Notes: generated by a model not told the origin, from the letters alone. Positions 38,434 through 47,949 are shown, numbered from the stretch's first letter. The stretch: DNA of 61,832 bases from Desulfomicrobium sp. (GCA_024709365.1 JANJWV010000239.1:1-61832); one strand, 5' to 3'. Program-made: numbers and translations.

Positions 38434-39480
38434 ATGATCGACCTCAACTTTCTCCAGGCCTCGACCGATGGCCTGATGCGGCAGTTTCCCGCCAACGCGA
38501 TGGAGCCCGGCGGGCACCAGCCCGAGGGGAGCTTCCTCATGACCACGGCCGCGCTGGTGGCTGCGGCCTTTCTGGGCTACGCCGTCCTGCGGCGTCGGGG
38601 GGGCGCGGGCGGCGGAGGACAGCGGTCCGGAACCACCACGGCTCCGCGGGAGATCTCGGCCATCCTCGAAAAGGCCCTGCTCATGCGCAGCCGCGTGGAT
38701 GCGAGCTTCCACCCCATCGCCACCTCCCGCCAGACCATCTCCTGCGCCCTCATCGACCTCACCCCCGAGGGCGTGACGCTTGAGATGCCCCTGGGCGTGA
38801 CGCCGTCGGAAAGCTGGATCGGCAGGCTCATGGCCTGTTATTTCCGCATCCCGCGCGAAAACAGGGAACCCTATTTCTACACCTTCGTGTCCGAGGTGAA
38901 GGACGTGCGCCGCAAGGGGGAGTTCCATCACCTGACGCTCGAAACTCCGCCCAAGGTCGAGCTGGGGCAGAAGCGCCGCCACCTGCGCCTGGAGCTGCCG
39001 CAGCGGGACATCAAGGACTTCCGGGTCTGGCCCGCAGCGGAGGACGGCTCCTTCCATTTCGAGCCCGACCCGCAGAAGTGGCCCGCTCCCCTGGCCGCGT
39101 ACACCCGCGGCGAACACGCCGGGATGCACGTGCGGGACCTCTCGGGCGGCGGCATCAAGCTTTCCTTCGACCCGACGCATTACACGGGGCTGGAGGATTT
39201 CGTCTCCAAGCACCCCGTACTCTTCATGCGCCTGGAACTCGAACCGGCCGGAGGGCTGTCAGTCTCTCCCTACTTCCTGGCAGCGCGCCTGCGCACCAAG
39301 ACCCAGGACGTGGACAACGGCCAGTTCATGCTCGGCTACGAGTTCGTGGAGTGCTGCTCCTCCGACGGCGGGGAGACCATCGACTGGGTCAAGATCGAGC
39401 CCGAGAACGGCATCGACGAGCTGGTCACCTGGGTTTTCAAGCGGCATCTGGAGCTTTACCGGGAACGGGAAATCGTTTAG
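38434..39480 (+). CDS. Membrane-anchored PilZ-domain (c-di-GMP receptor-like) protein
   Basis: N-terminal TM segment; QKRRHLR (RxxxR) and DLSGGG (DxSxxG); start uncertain. Confidence 0.7.
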   Translation: MIDLNFLQASTDGLMRQFPANAMEPGGHQPEGSFLMTTAALVAAAFLGYAVLRRRGGAGGGGQRSGTTTAPREISAILEKALLMRSRVDASFHPIATSRQTISCALIDLTPEGVTLEMPLGVTPSESWIGRLMACYFRIPRENREPYFYTFVSEVKDVRRKGEFHHLTLETPPKVELGQKRRHLRLELPQRDIKDFRVWPAAEDGSFHFEPDPQKWPAPLAAYTRGEHAGMHVRDLSGGGIKLSFDPTHYTGLEDFVSKHPVLFMRLELEPAGGLSVSPYFLAARLRTKTQDVDNGQFMLGYEFVECCSSDGGETIDWVKIEPENGIDELVTWVFKRHLELYREREIV

Positions 39481-39531
39481 AGGCCAGACGTTTTTCACTC
39501 TGAAACCTGATTTTGGGAGGACGACGTATTT

Positions 39532-40350
39532 ATGGATGAGGGCTCGGACAGTCGACTTTGGACCGCACTACGGCGCTTCTTCTCGCGCAGAGGCGAATGC
39601 CATCTCGAAGAGGCGATCCAGGAGGCCAAGAACGACGGCGAACTGCAGAACGACGAAATGTCCATGCTTCTGAACGTGCTGCAGCTCGATGACAAACAGG
39701 CTTACGAAATCATGATCCCCCGCACGGACATCGTCTGCGCGGAAATCGACGAGACGATCACCGATGTCGCCAAGAAATTCTTCGAGAGCGGGCACTCGCG
39801 CATGCCCGTCTACAAGGAGACCAAGGACCAGATCGTCGGCATCCTGCACTGCAAGGAGCTCCTGCGCTTCTTCGTGGGCGAAGAGCAGCCCGGGAGCCTG
39901 AGCGAGGTCCTGCGCACCCCCTATTTCATCCCGGAGACCAAGAACGTCAAAAACATCCTCCTGGACTTCCAGACCAACAAGCAGCACATGGCCATCGTCC
40001 TGGACGAGTACGGCGGAACCGCCGGCCTGCTGACCCTTGAGGACGTCCTGGAGGAGATCGTCGGCGACATCGAGGACGAATACGACCCGGTCCGGCCCGA
40101 GGACATCCAGCCCGCGGACGACGGTTCCTACCTCGTCTCGGGGCGGACGAGCCTGGAGGACCTCTTCGAGGAATGCGGCATCCGGCTCGAGTCCGAACAG
40201 GTCGAGACCGTCGGGGGGTACATCAGCGAACAGCTCGGCCGCGTCCCCGAAGCCGGCGAATCCCTGGAGCTGCAGGGCCACACGTTTCTCATCAAGGAAG
40301 CCGATGTCAAACAGATCCAGTGGGTTCTCGTCACCAGGCCGTCATCCTGA
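39532..40350 (+). CDS. corC: CorC/HlyC family CBS-domain Mg/Co transport-associated protein
   Basis: [44 protein letters not shown]; corC-lnt synteny. Confidence 0.9.
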   Translation: MDEGSDSRLWTALRRFFSRRGECHLEEAIQEAKNDGELQNDEMSMLLNVLQLDDKQAYEIMIPRTDIVCAEIDETITDVAKKFFESGHSRMPVYKETKDQIVGILHCKELLRFFVGEEQPGSLSEVLRTPYFIPETKNVKNILLDFQTNKQHMAIVLDEYGGTAGLLTLEDVLEEIVGDIEDEYDPVRPEDIQPADDGSYLVSGRTSLEDLFEECGIRLESEQVETVGGYISEQLGRVPEAGESLELQGHTFLIKEADVKQIQWVLVTRPSS

Positions 40351-41869
40351 TTCCCTCCTGTTCCGTCTGGGGCCCGCAGGCCTGGCGCTCATCGGTGCGT
40401 GGTTCGGCTTCGCCAACCCCCTGGCGCATTTTCCGCCGGCCGTCCTGCTCCTTCCCGCGGCCCTGATCCTCGCGGTATCCAGGGCCCGGAGCTACGGACA
40501 CGCCTTCCGCACGGGCCTGCTGACCGCGCTGCCCGGGTACGCGGCCAGCCTCTACTGGCTGGCCATCCCGGTCCATGACTACGGGGGCCTGCCCTGGGCC
40601 CTGGCCCTGCCCTGCCCGGTCCTTGTCGGCGCGGTGCTTGCCGCCTACGCCGGGCTCTTCTGCACGGCCATGTACGTGGTCCGCACGCGGCTTCACACGC
40701 CCCTGGCCGTGCTCTTGAGCGGACTGCTCTGGGCGGCCCTGGAACTGGCGCGCAACCATCTCCTGACGGGCTTTCCCTGGATCACCCTGGCCTCGGCCCT
40801 GGCCCCGTGGCCGGCGACGCTGGGCCTGGCGGCCTGGATCGGCGGCTACGGCCTGTCCGGAGTCGTCGCCGCCATGGGCCACGTCCTGGCGGCGGGCCGC
40901 CTGCGCACCGGACTGGCCTTCCTGCCGCTCCTGGCCCTGGTCCTGCTGCCGGGCTACCTGCGCGCGCCGGCCGAACCTGCGGGCACAGCATCGGTCAGCA
41001 TGATCCAGGGCAACATCGACCAGAGCCTCAAATGGGACGAGAGCCTGCAGGCCTCCATCCTCTCGACCTACGTAAAGCTCACCCGTGAGGCCGTGGACGC
41101 GGGCGCCCCGGACCTCGTGGTCTGGCCCGAGACGGCCATGCCCTTCTATTTCCAGGACCCGTCGGACTTCTCCACCGCCGTGCGCGCGGCCGTGAAGCAG
41201 GCAGGCGTCCCGCTTCTGGCCGGTTCCCCGGCCTACTCCGTACCCACGGAGCCCGGCGCTCCCCAGTACGTGCTGCACAACCGCGCCTACCTGCTGAACC
41301 GTGGGGGCGAGGTCGTCTCCTGGTACGACAAGGAGCATCTGGTGCCCTTTGGCGAGTACGTGCCCCTGGGCGAATGGCTGCCCTTCATCACCAAGCTGGT
41401 GCCGGGGCAGTTCGAGTTCCGGCCGGGCATCAACTCGGCGCCCCTGACGTCGGGCGCCATGGCCATGGGCCTGCTGATCTGCTACGAGGCCATCTTTCCG
41501 GAACTGGCCCAGGCCAGGGTCGAGTCCGGGGCCAACGTGCTCGTCAACATCAGCAACGACGCCTGGTTCGGGCGCTCCTCGGCCCCGCTGCAGCACCTGC
41601 ACATGGCCGCGCTGCGCGCCGTGGAGCAGAACCGCGCCATCATCCGCTCCACGAACACCGGGGTGAGCGTCGTCATCGGCCCCGACGGGGGCCTGAAGGC
41701 CCCGTCCGAGCTGTTCGCCACCCTGGTCGTGCACGACCCGGCCGTACCGCTCTTGACAGAGACGACCTTTTACCACGAGCATATGTTTTTGATTCACACC
41801 ACCCTCCCCGCCCTGGGCCTGGTCCTGCTGACCCTGGCCTGGCTGAAGTGGGGCAGAAAACAACACTGA
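40304..41869 (+). CDS. lnt: Apolipoprotein N-acyltransferase
   Basis: TGFPW, QGNI, WPETA, YDKEHLVPFGEY, ICYE, NDAWFG, RAVE; ATG 40304 after AAGGAAG (start uncertain). Confidence 0.93.
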   Translation: MSNRSSGFSSPGRHPDSLLFRLGPAGLALIGAWFGFANPLAHFPPAVLLLPAALILAVSRARSYGHAFRTGLLTALPGYAASLYWLAIPVHDYGGLPWALALPCPVLVGAVLAAYAGLFCTAMYVVRTRLHTPLAVLLSGLLWAALELARNHLLTGFPWITLASALAPWPATLGLAAWIGGYGLSGVVAAMGHVLAAGRLRTGLAFLPLLALVLLPGYLRAPAEPAGTASVSMIQGNIDQSLKWDESLQASILSTYVKLTREAVDAGAPDLVVWPETAMPFYFQDPSDFSTAVRAAVKQAGVPLLAGSPAYSVPTEPGAPQYVLHNRAYLLNRGGEVVSWYDKEHLVPFGEYVPLGEWLPFITKLVPGQFEFRPGINSAPLTSGAMAMGLLICYEAIFPELAQARVESGANVLVNISNDAWFGRSSAPLQHLHMAALRAVEQNRAIIRSTNTGVSVVIGPDGGLKAPSELFATLVVHDPAVPLLTETTFYHEHMFLIHTTLPALGLVLLTLAWLKWGRKQH

Positions 41870-41882
41870 TCGGACACACACC

Positions 41883-42993
41883 ATGTTGCAATATTCGGAA
41901 CTCAAGGCCAAGGCCGCCCAGCTCGACGAACGCTTCACCGACTTCTGGAGGCGTCTTTGACCTTCGCGGCCACAAGGAGCGCCTGGCGCAGATCGAAAAA
42001 CAGCTCTCCTCGCCCGGCGCCTGGGACAAGCCCGACCTGCTGACCCCGGTCCTGCAGGAGAAGACCCAGCTCGAAAGCCGCGTGGGTGAATGGGAAGACC
42101 TGGCCCGCGCCCGCGACAACTCCCAGGAGTGGCTGGAGATGGCCTCGGCCGAGCAGACTGAGGAAATGCTCCACGCCCTGGAGGACGCCCTGACGGAAAT
42201 GGAGTCCAAGCTCGAAGGGGCGCAGATGCGCACCCTGCTGAGCGACCCCGAGGATGTCAGCGAGGCCATCCTGGAGATACATCCCGGCGCCGGCGGCACC
42301 GAGTCCCAGGACTGGGCCGAGATGCTCCTGCGCATGTACCGCCGCTTCGCCGAGCGCACGGGCTTCAAGGTCGAACTGCTGGACCTGCTGCCCGGCGACG
42401 AGGCCGGCGTGAAGAGCGTGACCCTGCACATCCACGGTCCCTACGCCTACGGCCAGCTCAAGGGCGAAAAGGGCACCCACCGCCTGATCCGCATCTCGCC
42501 CTTCGACTCCAGCGGCCGGAGGCACACCTCCTTCGCCTCGGTGGACGTCTACCCCGACGCCGGCCAGGACATCGAGATCGAGGTCCGCGACGAGGACATC
42601 CGCGTGGACATATTCCGTTCCAGCGGCCCCGGCGGCCAGTCCGTCAACACCACGGACTCGGCCGTGCGCATCACGCACATCCCCACGGGGCTGGTGGCCC
42701 AGTGCCAGAACGAGAAGTCCCAGCACAAGAACAAGGAGGCGGCCATGAAAGTCCTCAAGGCCCGCCTCTACGAGCTGGAACTGCAGAAGATCGCGAACGA
42801 AAGGCAGGCCGAGTACGTGGCCAAGGGTGCCATCGCCTTCGGCTCCCAGATCAGGACCTACACGCTGCAGCCCTATCGGCTGGTCAAGGACCACCGCACG
42901 GGCACGGAGACGAGCAATGTCGACGCGGTGCTCGACGGCAACATCGACGCCTTCATCCACAACTACCTCCTCCACCTCCATGCCTCTGCCTGA
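41883..42993 (+). CDS. prfB: Peptide chain release factor 2, programmed +1 frameshift after codon 25
   Basis: MLQYSELK..WRRL then CTT-TGA-C; the +1 frame continues DLRGHKE..GAGGTESQDW..SPF..GPGGQSVN. Confidence 0.97.
41947..41961 (+). promoter_or_regulatory. RF2 autoregulatory frameshift cassette
   Basis: Internal SD GGAGG (41947-41951), 3-nt spacer, CTT TGA C (41955-41961). Confidence 0.95.
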
Positions 42994-43834
42994 GCTGCCC
43001 TCTGACGAGGAGCTCTTGGGCGAACTGGAGACTCTGGAGCGGGAGCTGCGGCTGCACGCCACGGGCGGGGACGTCTCGGCCCTGGTCCGTCTGATCCGCT
43101 CGGACCCGGCCTGGCCGCAGGTGCTCAGGACCAGACGGATGGACCAGTGGTTCGTGCTGCCCCTGAAAGACGGCGCCTACCCGGCGCTGGCGGAGCTCAA
43201 ACGGCACATGGAGGAACTGACGGCGCTGCAGGGCCAGGACCCGTTGACCGGGCTGGTCAACCGCCGCGGCTTCGACCAGGCCATGGCCCTGGAGGCGGAA
43301 CGCAGCGGACGGTTCAGGACGCCGCTGACGCTGTGCGTCATGGACCTCGACGATTTCAAGGCCGTCAACGACACGTACGGCCACATCTGCGGGGATACGG
43401 TGCTGAAGGCCGTCGCCTCGGTCCTGCAGGCCGAGACGCGCCTGATCGACACGGCGGCCCGCATCGGAGGCGAGGAGTTCGCCATCCTCCTGCCGGGCAC
43501 GGGCCTGCTCCGGGCCTGCAAGCTCCTGGAGCGGATTCAGGCCGCCATCGTCGAGGCCCGGATCCGCTGCGGCGACGAGGCTCTGTCCGTGACCATGTCC
43601 ATGGGCGTGGCCAGCTACCGCGGCAAGCAGATCCCGGACGCTGCCCTGCTGATGGAGGAGGCGGACCAGGCCATGTACCGCGCCAAACGGGCGGGAAAGA
43701 ACCGCATCGAGGCCGCCCCGATTCTGGACCTCGTCCTGGGCGAGGACCGCTCCCTGGTCCACCAGAACGAGAAACGCTTCCTTTTTTCCTCATTCTTCGC
43801 TCCGTCCCCGCATGCCGGGGAGGACAGGGGCTGA
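42980..43834 (+). CDS. Diguanylate cyclase (GGDEF)
   Basis: DPLTGLVNRR, DLDDFKAVNDTYGH..GD, RLID I-site, GGEEF, ADQAMYRAK..GKN; overlaps prfB by 14 nt. Confidence 0.92.
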   Translation: MPLPELPSDEELLGELETLERELRLHATGGDVSALVRLIRSDPAWPQVLRTRRMDQWFVLPLKDGAYPALAELKRHMEELTALQGQDPLTGLVNRRGFDQAMALEAERSGRFRTPLTLCVMDLDDFKAVNDTYGHICGDTVLKAVASVLQAETRLIDTAARIGGEEFAILLPGTGLLRACKLLERIQAAIVEARIRCGDEALSVTMSMGVASYRGKQIPDAALLMEEADQAMYRAKRAGKNRIEAAPILDLVLGEDRSLVHQNEKRFLFSSFFAPSPHAGEDRG

Positions 43835-43835
43835 C

Positions 43836-44642
43836 ATGACCGATTCCAACACGACTTTCAGCATTTCCGTGGCCAGCGGCAAGGGCGGCGTGGGCAAGAC
43901 CAACCTGGCCCTGAACCTGGGCTTCGCCCTGCACGAACTGGGACAGACCCTGGTCCTCCTGGACGCGGATCTGGGCCTGGCCAATCTGGACGTCCTGCTG
44001 GGCCTCTCCCCGGACAAGAACATCCAGGACCTCCTGGGCGACACGAGCGCCGAGAGCGTCGTCGTGCCCCTGGCCAAGGACGGGTTCGTCTTCCTGCCGT
44101 CGGCCTCGGGCGTGGCCGAGCTGGTCGAACTGGACGAGGACGTGCAGAGCCTGCTCCTGGGCAAGCTCGACGCCCTCTTCCGGCAGTACGACTACCTCAT
44201 CCTGGACCTCGGGGCCGGCATCAGCCCCACGGTGCTGTCCTTTGCGGCCATGCCGCAGGAGCGCATCGTGGTCATCACCCCCGAACCCACGTCCCTGACG
44301 GACAGCTACGCCCTGATCAAGGTGCTCTGCACCCAGCACCAGATCCGCAACTTCCAGATCATCGTCAACATGGCCGAGTCCGAAAAGGAGGCCAAGAACG
44401 CCTTCACCCGGCTGGCCCAGGCCTGCGAGCACTTCCTGAACCTGCCCGTCAACTTTCTGGGCATGGTCCACCGCGACCCCATGGTCACGGAGTCCGTGCG
44501 GCACCAGGTGCCACTGCTCAAATTCGCCCCCAACTGCCAGGCCGCCCGGGACATCCGCGAGATCGCCCGGAAAATCTCGGAACGCAGAAACAGGCTGAAG
44601 GATCTCATCGCCCGCAGCCCAATCCTCAAATCAAGCGTGTGA
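43836..44642 (+). CDS. MinD/FlhG (FleN) family ATPase
   Basis: SGKGGVGKT deviant Walker A, DADLGLANLD, D.GAGI, TPEPTSLTDSYALIK. Confidence 0.88.
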   Translation: MTDSNTTFSISVASGKGGVGKTNLALNLGFALHELGQTLVLLDADLGLANLDVLLGLSPDKNIQDLLGDTSAESVVVPLAKDGFVFLPSASGVAELVELDEDVQSLLLGKLDALFRQYDYLILDLGAGISPTVLSFAAMPQERIVVITPEPTSLTDSYALIKVLCTQHQIRNFQIIVNMAESEKEAKNAFTRLAQACEHFLNLPVNFLGMVHRDPMVTESVRHQVPLLKFAPNCQAARDIREIARKISERRNRLKDLIARSPILKSSV

Positions 44643-44650
44643 AGCATATC

Positions 44651-45502
44651 ATGAAACATCTCATCCTCGTTCTGACGCTCCTGATCCTGGCGGCCGTCCC
44701 ACTTTCGGCACAGGCAGGAACCGAAACCGCCCTGGTCTTCACCGCCAACACCTTCGGCGAGCACTCGCCCTGCCCCTCCTGAGGGGGCAAGTCGTACGGC
44801 GGGTTGGCCCGGCGGGCCACCTTCTTCAAGACCGTTCGCGAGAACGGCGGCGCGGTGTTCATCGGCGGCGGATACGAACTGGCAGTCCCCGGCACCGAGG
44901 GTGACCGGCATCCCGCGGCCGTGGAGCAGCTCAAGCGGGCCTACGGCATGCTGGGATACGACATCTTCCTGCTCAGCCCGGCCGATGCGGCGGTGCTGAG
45001 CGGCTCGAAGGTGCAGGCCCCGCGCGCTTGGCAGCCGCCCCTTGACGAGCCCGCCCTGGTCGAACGGAACGTGCCCGGCGGCCGGCTGGCCTTCGTCCTC
45101 TTCCCCGACTCCGGCCGGGCCGACCCGGCCATGGAGGATCGGCTGGTCGACTTTGCCCGCGAACTGCGGGCAAAGGGGAAATACAACCTCGTCATCGGCG
45201 TGAGCACCTGGGGCTCGGCGCGGGAAAACGCCTTCATCGACACGAGCGACCCCGTCTTCGACATCATCCTGGGCTCGGGCGAAGGACCCGGCTATTCGGG
45301 CCTGTACATGTGGGACAACCGGGTGCTGTGGGTGCGCGCCTTCACCAAGGGCAAGAGCGTGCACACCGTGACCATCCCCGCCCTGCCCGCCCCCGGGGAA
45401 AAGGTCGTGTGGACTCCAGAGCAGTCCGTCAGGACCCTGGCCCAACCCCTGGGCGACAACATCGCCTCGGCCCCGGACATCCAGGCCATCTTCACCCGGT
45501 AA
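44651..45502 (+). CDS. Exported UshA-like selenoprotein candidate (CxxU), 283 aa, Sec at codon 44
   Basis: ATG 44651 gives signal peptide MKHLILVLTLLILAAVPLSAQA then ..FTANTFGEHSPCPS-TGA-GGKSYGGLARRATFF, in frame with the track ORF 44804-45502; SECIS-like hairpin follows. Confidence 0.88.
44802..44821 (+). promoter_or_regulatory. Bacterial SECIS-like hairpin
   Basis: GGT-[T bulge]-GGCCC-GGC-GGGCC-ACC starting 19 nt after the TGA; G-leading loop. Confidence 0.7.
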
Positions 45503-45576
45503 CACGCCAATTTCTTGCATTTTCGCCCGATTCCCCCTAACTGGAAACCAATAATAGATTGCCCCAAGGATACGAC

Positions 45577-46416
45577 ATGTCCATTTTCCCCGGGCCCACT
45601 CAGCCCTTCTACAAGATGCAGGGCAGCGGCAACGACTTCATCGTCATCGACAACCGCGCCCGCTCCATATCCCCCGACGTCATGCCCCTCTGGGCCAAGG
45701 CCCTGTGCCCCCATGCCTTCAGCATCGGCGCCGACGGCATCATCTTTCTCGAAACGGACGACTCGGGCCTCGCCGCCACGCGCTGGCACTTCTTCAACGC
45801 CGACGGCTCCCGCGCCGAGATGTGCGGCAACGGCTCGCGCTGCGCGACCCTGCTGGCCCACCGCCTGGGCATGGCCCCGGCCGAGCACCTCATGCTCACG
45901 GACGCCGGCCCCGTCCGCGCCAGGGTTTTCGCCGAGGCCGGCGAGGTCGAGGTGCAGCTGACCCCTGCCCGGGACCTGGCCCTGAGCTTCCCGCTGCAGC
46001 TCGGCGACGAAGCCTGGACGGCACATTTCGCCAACACCGGCGTGCCGCACACGGTCATCGTCACGGACGACGTGAAGGGTCTGGACGTCAGGGGCCTGGG
46101 CGCCAAGGTGCGCTACCACGAGCGCTTCGCCCCGGCCGGGACCAACGCCAACTTCATCCAGGTCGTCGGCCCCCAGGAGCTTCTGCTGCGGACCTACGAG
46201 CGCGGCGTGGAGAACGAGACCTTCGCCTGCGGCACGGGCGCCGCGGCCTCGGTGGCCGTGGCCCACGCCCTGGGCCTGTGCGAGGCCACGGCCCGCGTGA
46301 CCACCTCGGGCGGCGAGGTTCTCGGAATCACCGTGAACGGATCGGACATTTTCCTGCGCGGCAAGGCCACCGTCGTCTACCAGGGCGAGTTCAGCCCCGC
46401 CGCCATGGGCCTCTGA
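45577..46416 (+). CDS. dapF: Diaminopimelate epimerase
   Basis: KMQGSGNDF, GADG, NADGSRAEMCGNG, TGVPH, ERGVENETFACGTG. Confidence 0.96.
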   Translation: MSIFPGPTQPFYKMQGSGNDFIVIDNRARSISPDVMPLWAKALCPHAFSIGADGIIFLETDDSGLAATRWHFFNADGSRAEMCGNGSRCATLLAHRLGMAPAEHLMLTDAGPVRARVFAEAGEVEVQLTPARDLALSFPLQLGDEAWTAHFANTGVPHTVIVTDDVKGLDVRGLGAKVRYHERFAPAGTNANFIQVVGPQELLLRTYERGVENETFACGTGAAASVAVAHALGLCEATARVTTSGGEVLGITVNGSDIFLRGKATVVYQGEFSPAAMGL

Positions 46417-46464
46417 AGCCCCGAGGCACACGCAACAACCACAGCCCAAACCCGGGAGGAAACG

Positions 46465-47343
46465 ATGCAATTCAAAGGAGCCTTCACAGCCCTGGTCACT
46501 CCGTTCTCAGGCGGCCAGATCGACGAGGAAGCCTACCGGCAGCTGATCGAATGGCAGGTGCAGAGCGGCATCAACGGCGTCGTGCCCTGCGGCACCACCG
46601 GCGAATCCGCGACCATGAGCCACGAGGAGCACAAACGCGTCATCCGCATCTGCGTGGACCAGGTCAAAGGCCGGGTGCCCGTCCTGGCCGGGGCCGGGTC
46701 CAACAACACGGCCGAGGCGGTGGAGCTGACGCAGTTCGCCAAGGACGCCGGGGCCGACGGGGCGCTCCTCATCACCCCCTACTACAACAAGCCGACCCAG
46801 GAAGGCCTGTACCAGCACTTCAAGCGCATCGCCTCAGAAGTCTCCATGCCCTTCATCGTCTACAACGTGCCCGGCCGCACCGGCGTGAACCTCCTGCCGG
46901 CCACCGTGGCCCGCCTGAACAAGGACATCAAGGACGTCATCGGCATCAAGGAGGCCACGGGCGACCTGAACCAGGTCTCCCAGGTCCTCGAATGCTGCGG
47001 CCCGGACTTCCAGGTCCTCTCGGGCGACGACTTCACGGTCCTGCCGCTGCTGTCCGTGGGCGGTTGCGGCGTCATCTCCGTGGTCTCCAACATCCTGCCG
47101 GACAAAATGAGCGACATGTGCGCGGCGTGGTTCGCAGGCGACCTGCCCACGGCGCAGAAGCTGCATTTCGAGCTGGCGCCCTTCTCGCGCATGATGTTCC
47201 TGGAGACCAACCCCATCCCGGCCAAGACCTCCCTGGCCCTCATGGGCCGCATCAAGCTCGAGCTGAGGCTGCCGCTGGTACCCATGAGCCCGGCCAACGC
47301 CGAGTGCCTGCGCGCCTTTTTGGCCGACAAGGGCCTCATCTAG
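46465..47343 (+). CDS. dapA: 4-hydroxy-tetrahydrodipicolinate synthase
   Basis: ALVTPF, GTTGES, PYYNKP, YNVPGRT, GIKEA, LSGDD, TNPIP. Confidence 0.97.
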   Translation: MQFKGAFTALVTPFSGGQIDEEAYRQLIEWQVQSGINGVVPCGTTGESATMSHEEHKRVIRICVDQVKGRVPVLAGAGSNNTAEAVELTQFAKDAGADGALLITPYYNKPTQEGLYQHFKRIASEVSMPFIVYNVPGRTGVNLLPATVARLNKDIKDVIGIKEATGDLNQVSQVLECCGPDFQVLSGDDFTVLPLLSVGGCGVISVVSNILPDKMSDMCAAWFAGDLPTAQKLHFELAPFSRMMFLETNPIPAKTSLALMGRIKLELRLPLVPMSPANAECLRAFLADKGLI

Positions 47344-47360
47344 CCCGCCTTGTTCCACGC

Positions 47361-47396
47361 AAAAAAGGCCGCCTTCCCGCGAGGGAGGGCGGCCTT
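47361..47396. terminator. Terminator between convergent dapA and pyrR
   Basis: AAGGCCGCCTTCCC-GCGA-GGGAGGGCGGCCTT, A6 on the left. Confidence 0.8.
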
Positions 47397-47418
47397 CGTC
47401 GTTGTTGGCGGCGGTGGG

Positions 47419-47949
47419 TCAGGTCAGCACGACCTGGTCCAGGCCGTCACGCTCCTTGAGGAAGACGTTGATCTGGCGGTCGCGCTCGGTGGACACGGTC
47501 TTACCGGTGAAGTCGGCCTGGATGGGCAGCTCTCGGTGTCCGCGGTCCACGAGGACCAGGAGCTTGACGCACCGCGGCCGGCCGAAGTCGAGGATGGCCT
47601 CCAGGGCGCTGCGGATGGTCCGGCCGGTGAAGAGGACGTCGTCGATGAGGATGATGGTCTTGTCCTCGACGGGAAAGTCGATGCGCGTGGCGTTGATGTT
47701 CGGGGTCGACTTGGACGTGGTCCAGTCGTCGCGGTAGAGATTGATGTCCAGTTCGCCGCAGGGCAGGTCCCGGCCGGCGCGCTCCGACAGCAGGCGGCAG
47801 AGCCTGGCCGCGAGGTCCGCGCCGCGGCGCTGGATGCCCACCAGGGCGATGGATTCGTGTTCGGGAACCTGCTCCAGGATCTGGCAGGCCAGACGGTCGA
47901 GGCAGCGCTCGATGTCGGCCGCGGACATGATTTCCTTGCCGCTGTGCAT
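47419..47949 (-). CDS. pyrR: Bifunctional pyr regulator / uracil phosphoribosyltransferase
   Basis: GIQRRG, LDINLYRDD, IDDVLFTGRTIRSAL, DRGHRELPIQADF; ATG 47949 after GGAGG. Confidence 0.95.
   Translation of the reverse strand: MHSGKEIMSAADIERCLDRLACQILEQVPEHESIALVGIQRRGADLAARLCRLLSERAGRDLPCGELDINLYRDDWTTSKSTPNINATRIDFPVEDKTIILIDDVLFTGRTIRSALEAILDFGRPRCVKLLVLVDRGHRELPIQADFTGKTVSTERDRQINVFLKERDGLDQVVLT

Noticed and set aside
41374-41960. 539-aa prfB with a long N-terminal extension
   Set aside because: The extension is an off-frame read of lnt; the real N-terminus starts at 41883 and joins by +1 frameshift
44651-44782. Reading the locus as a 43-aa peptide plus a separate TTG-started ORF, or as a pseudogene
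   Set aside because: The TGA falls in a CxxU context with a SECIS-like hairpin and the fold motif continues across it; Sec read-through explains it better, though this is not proven
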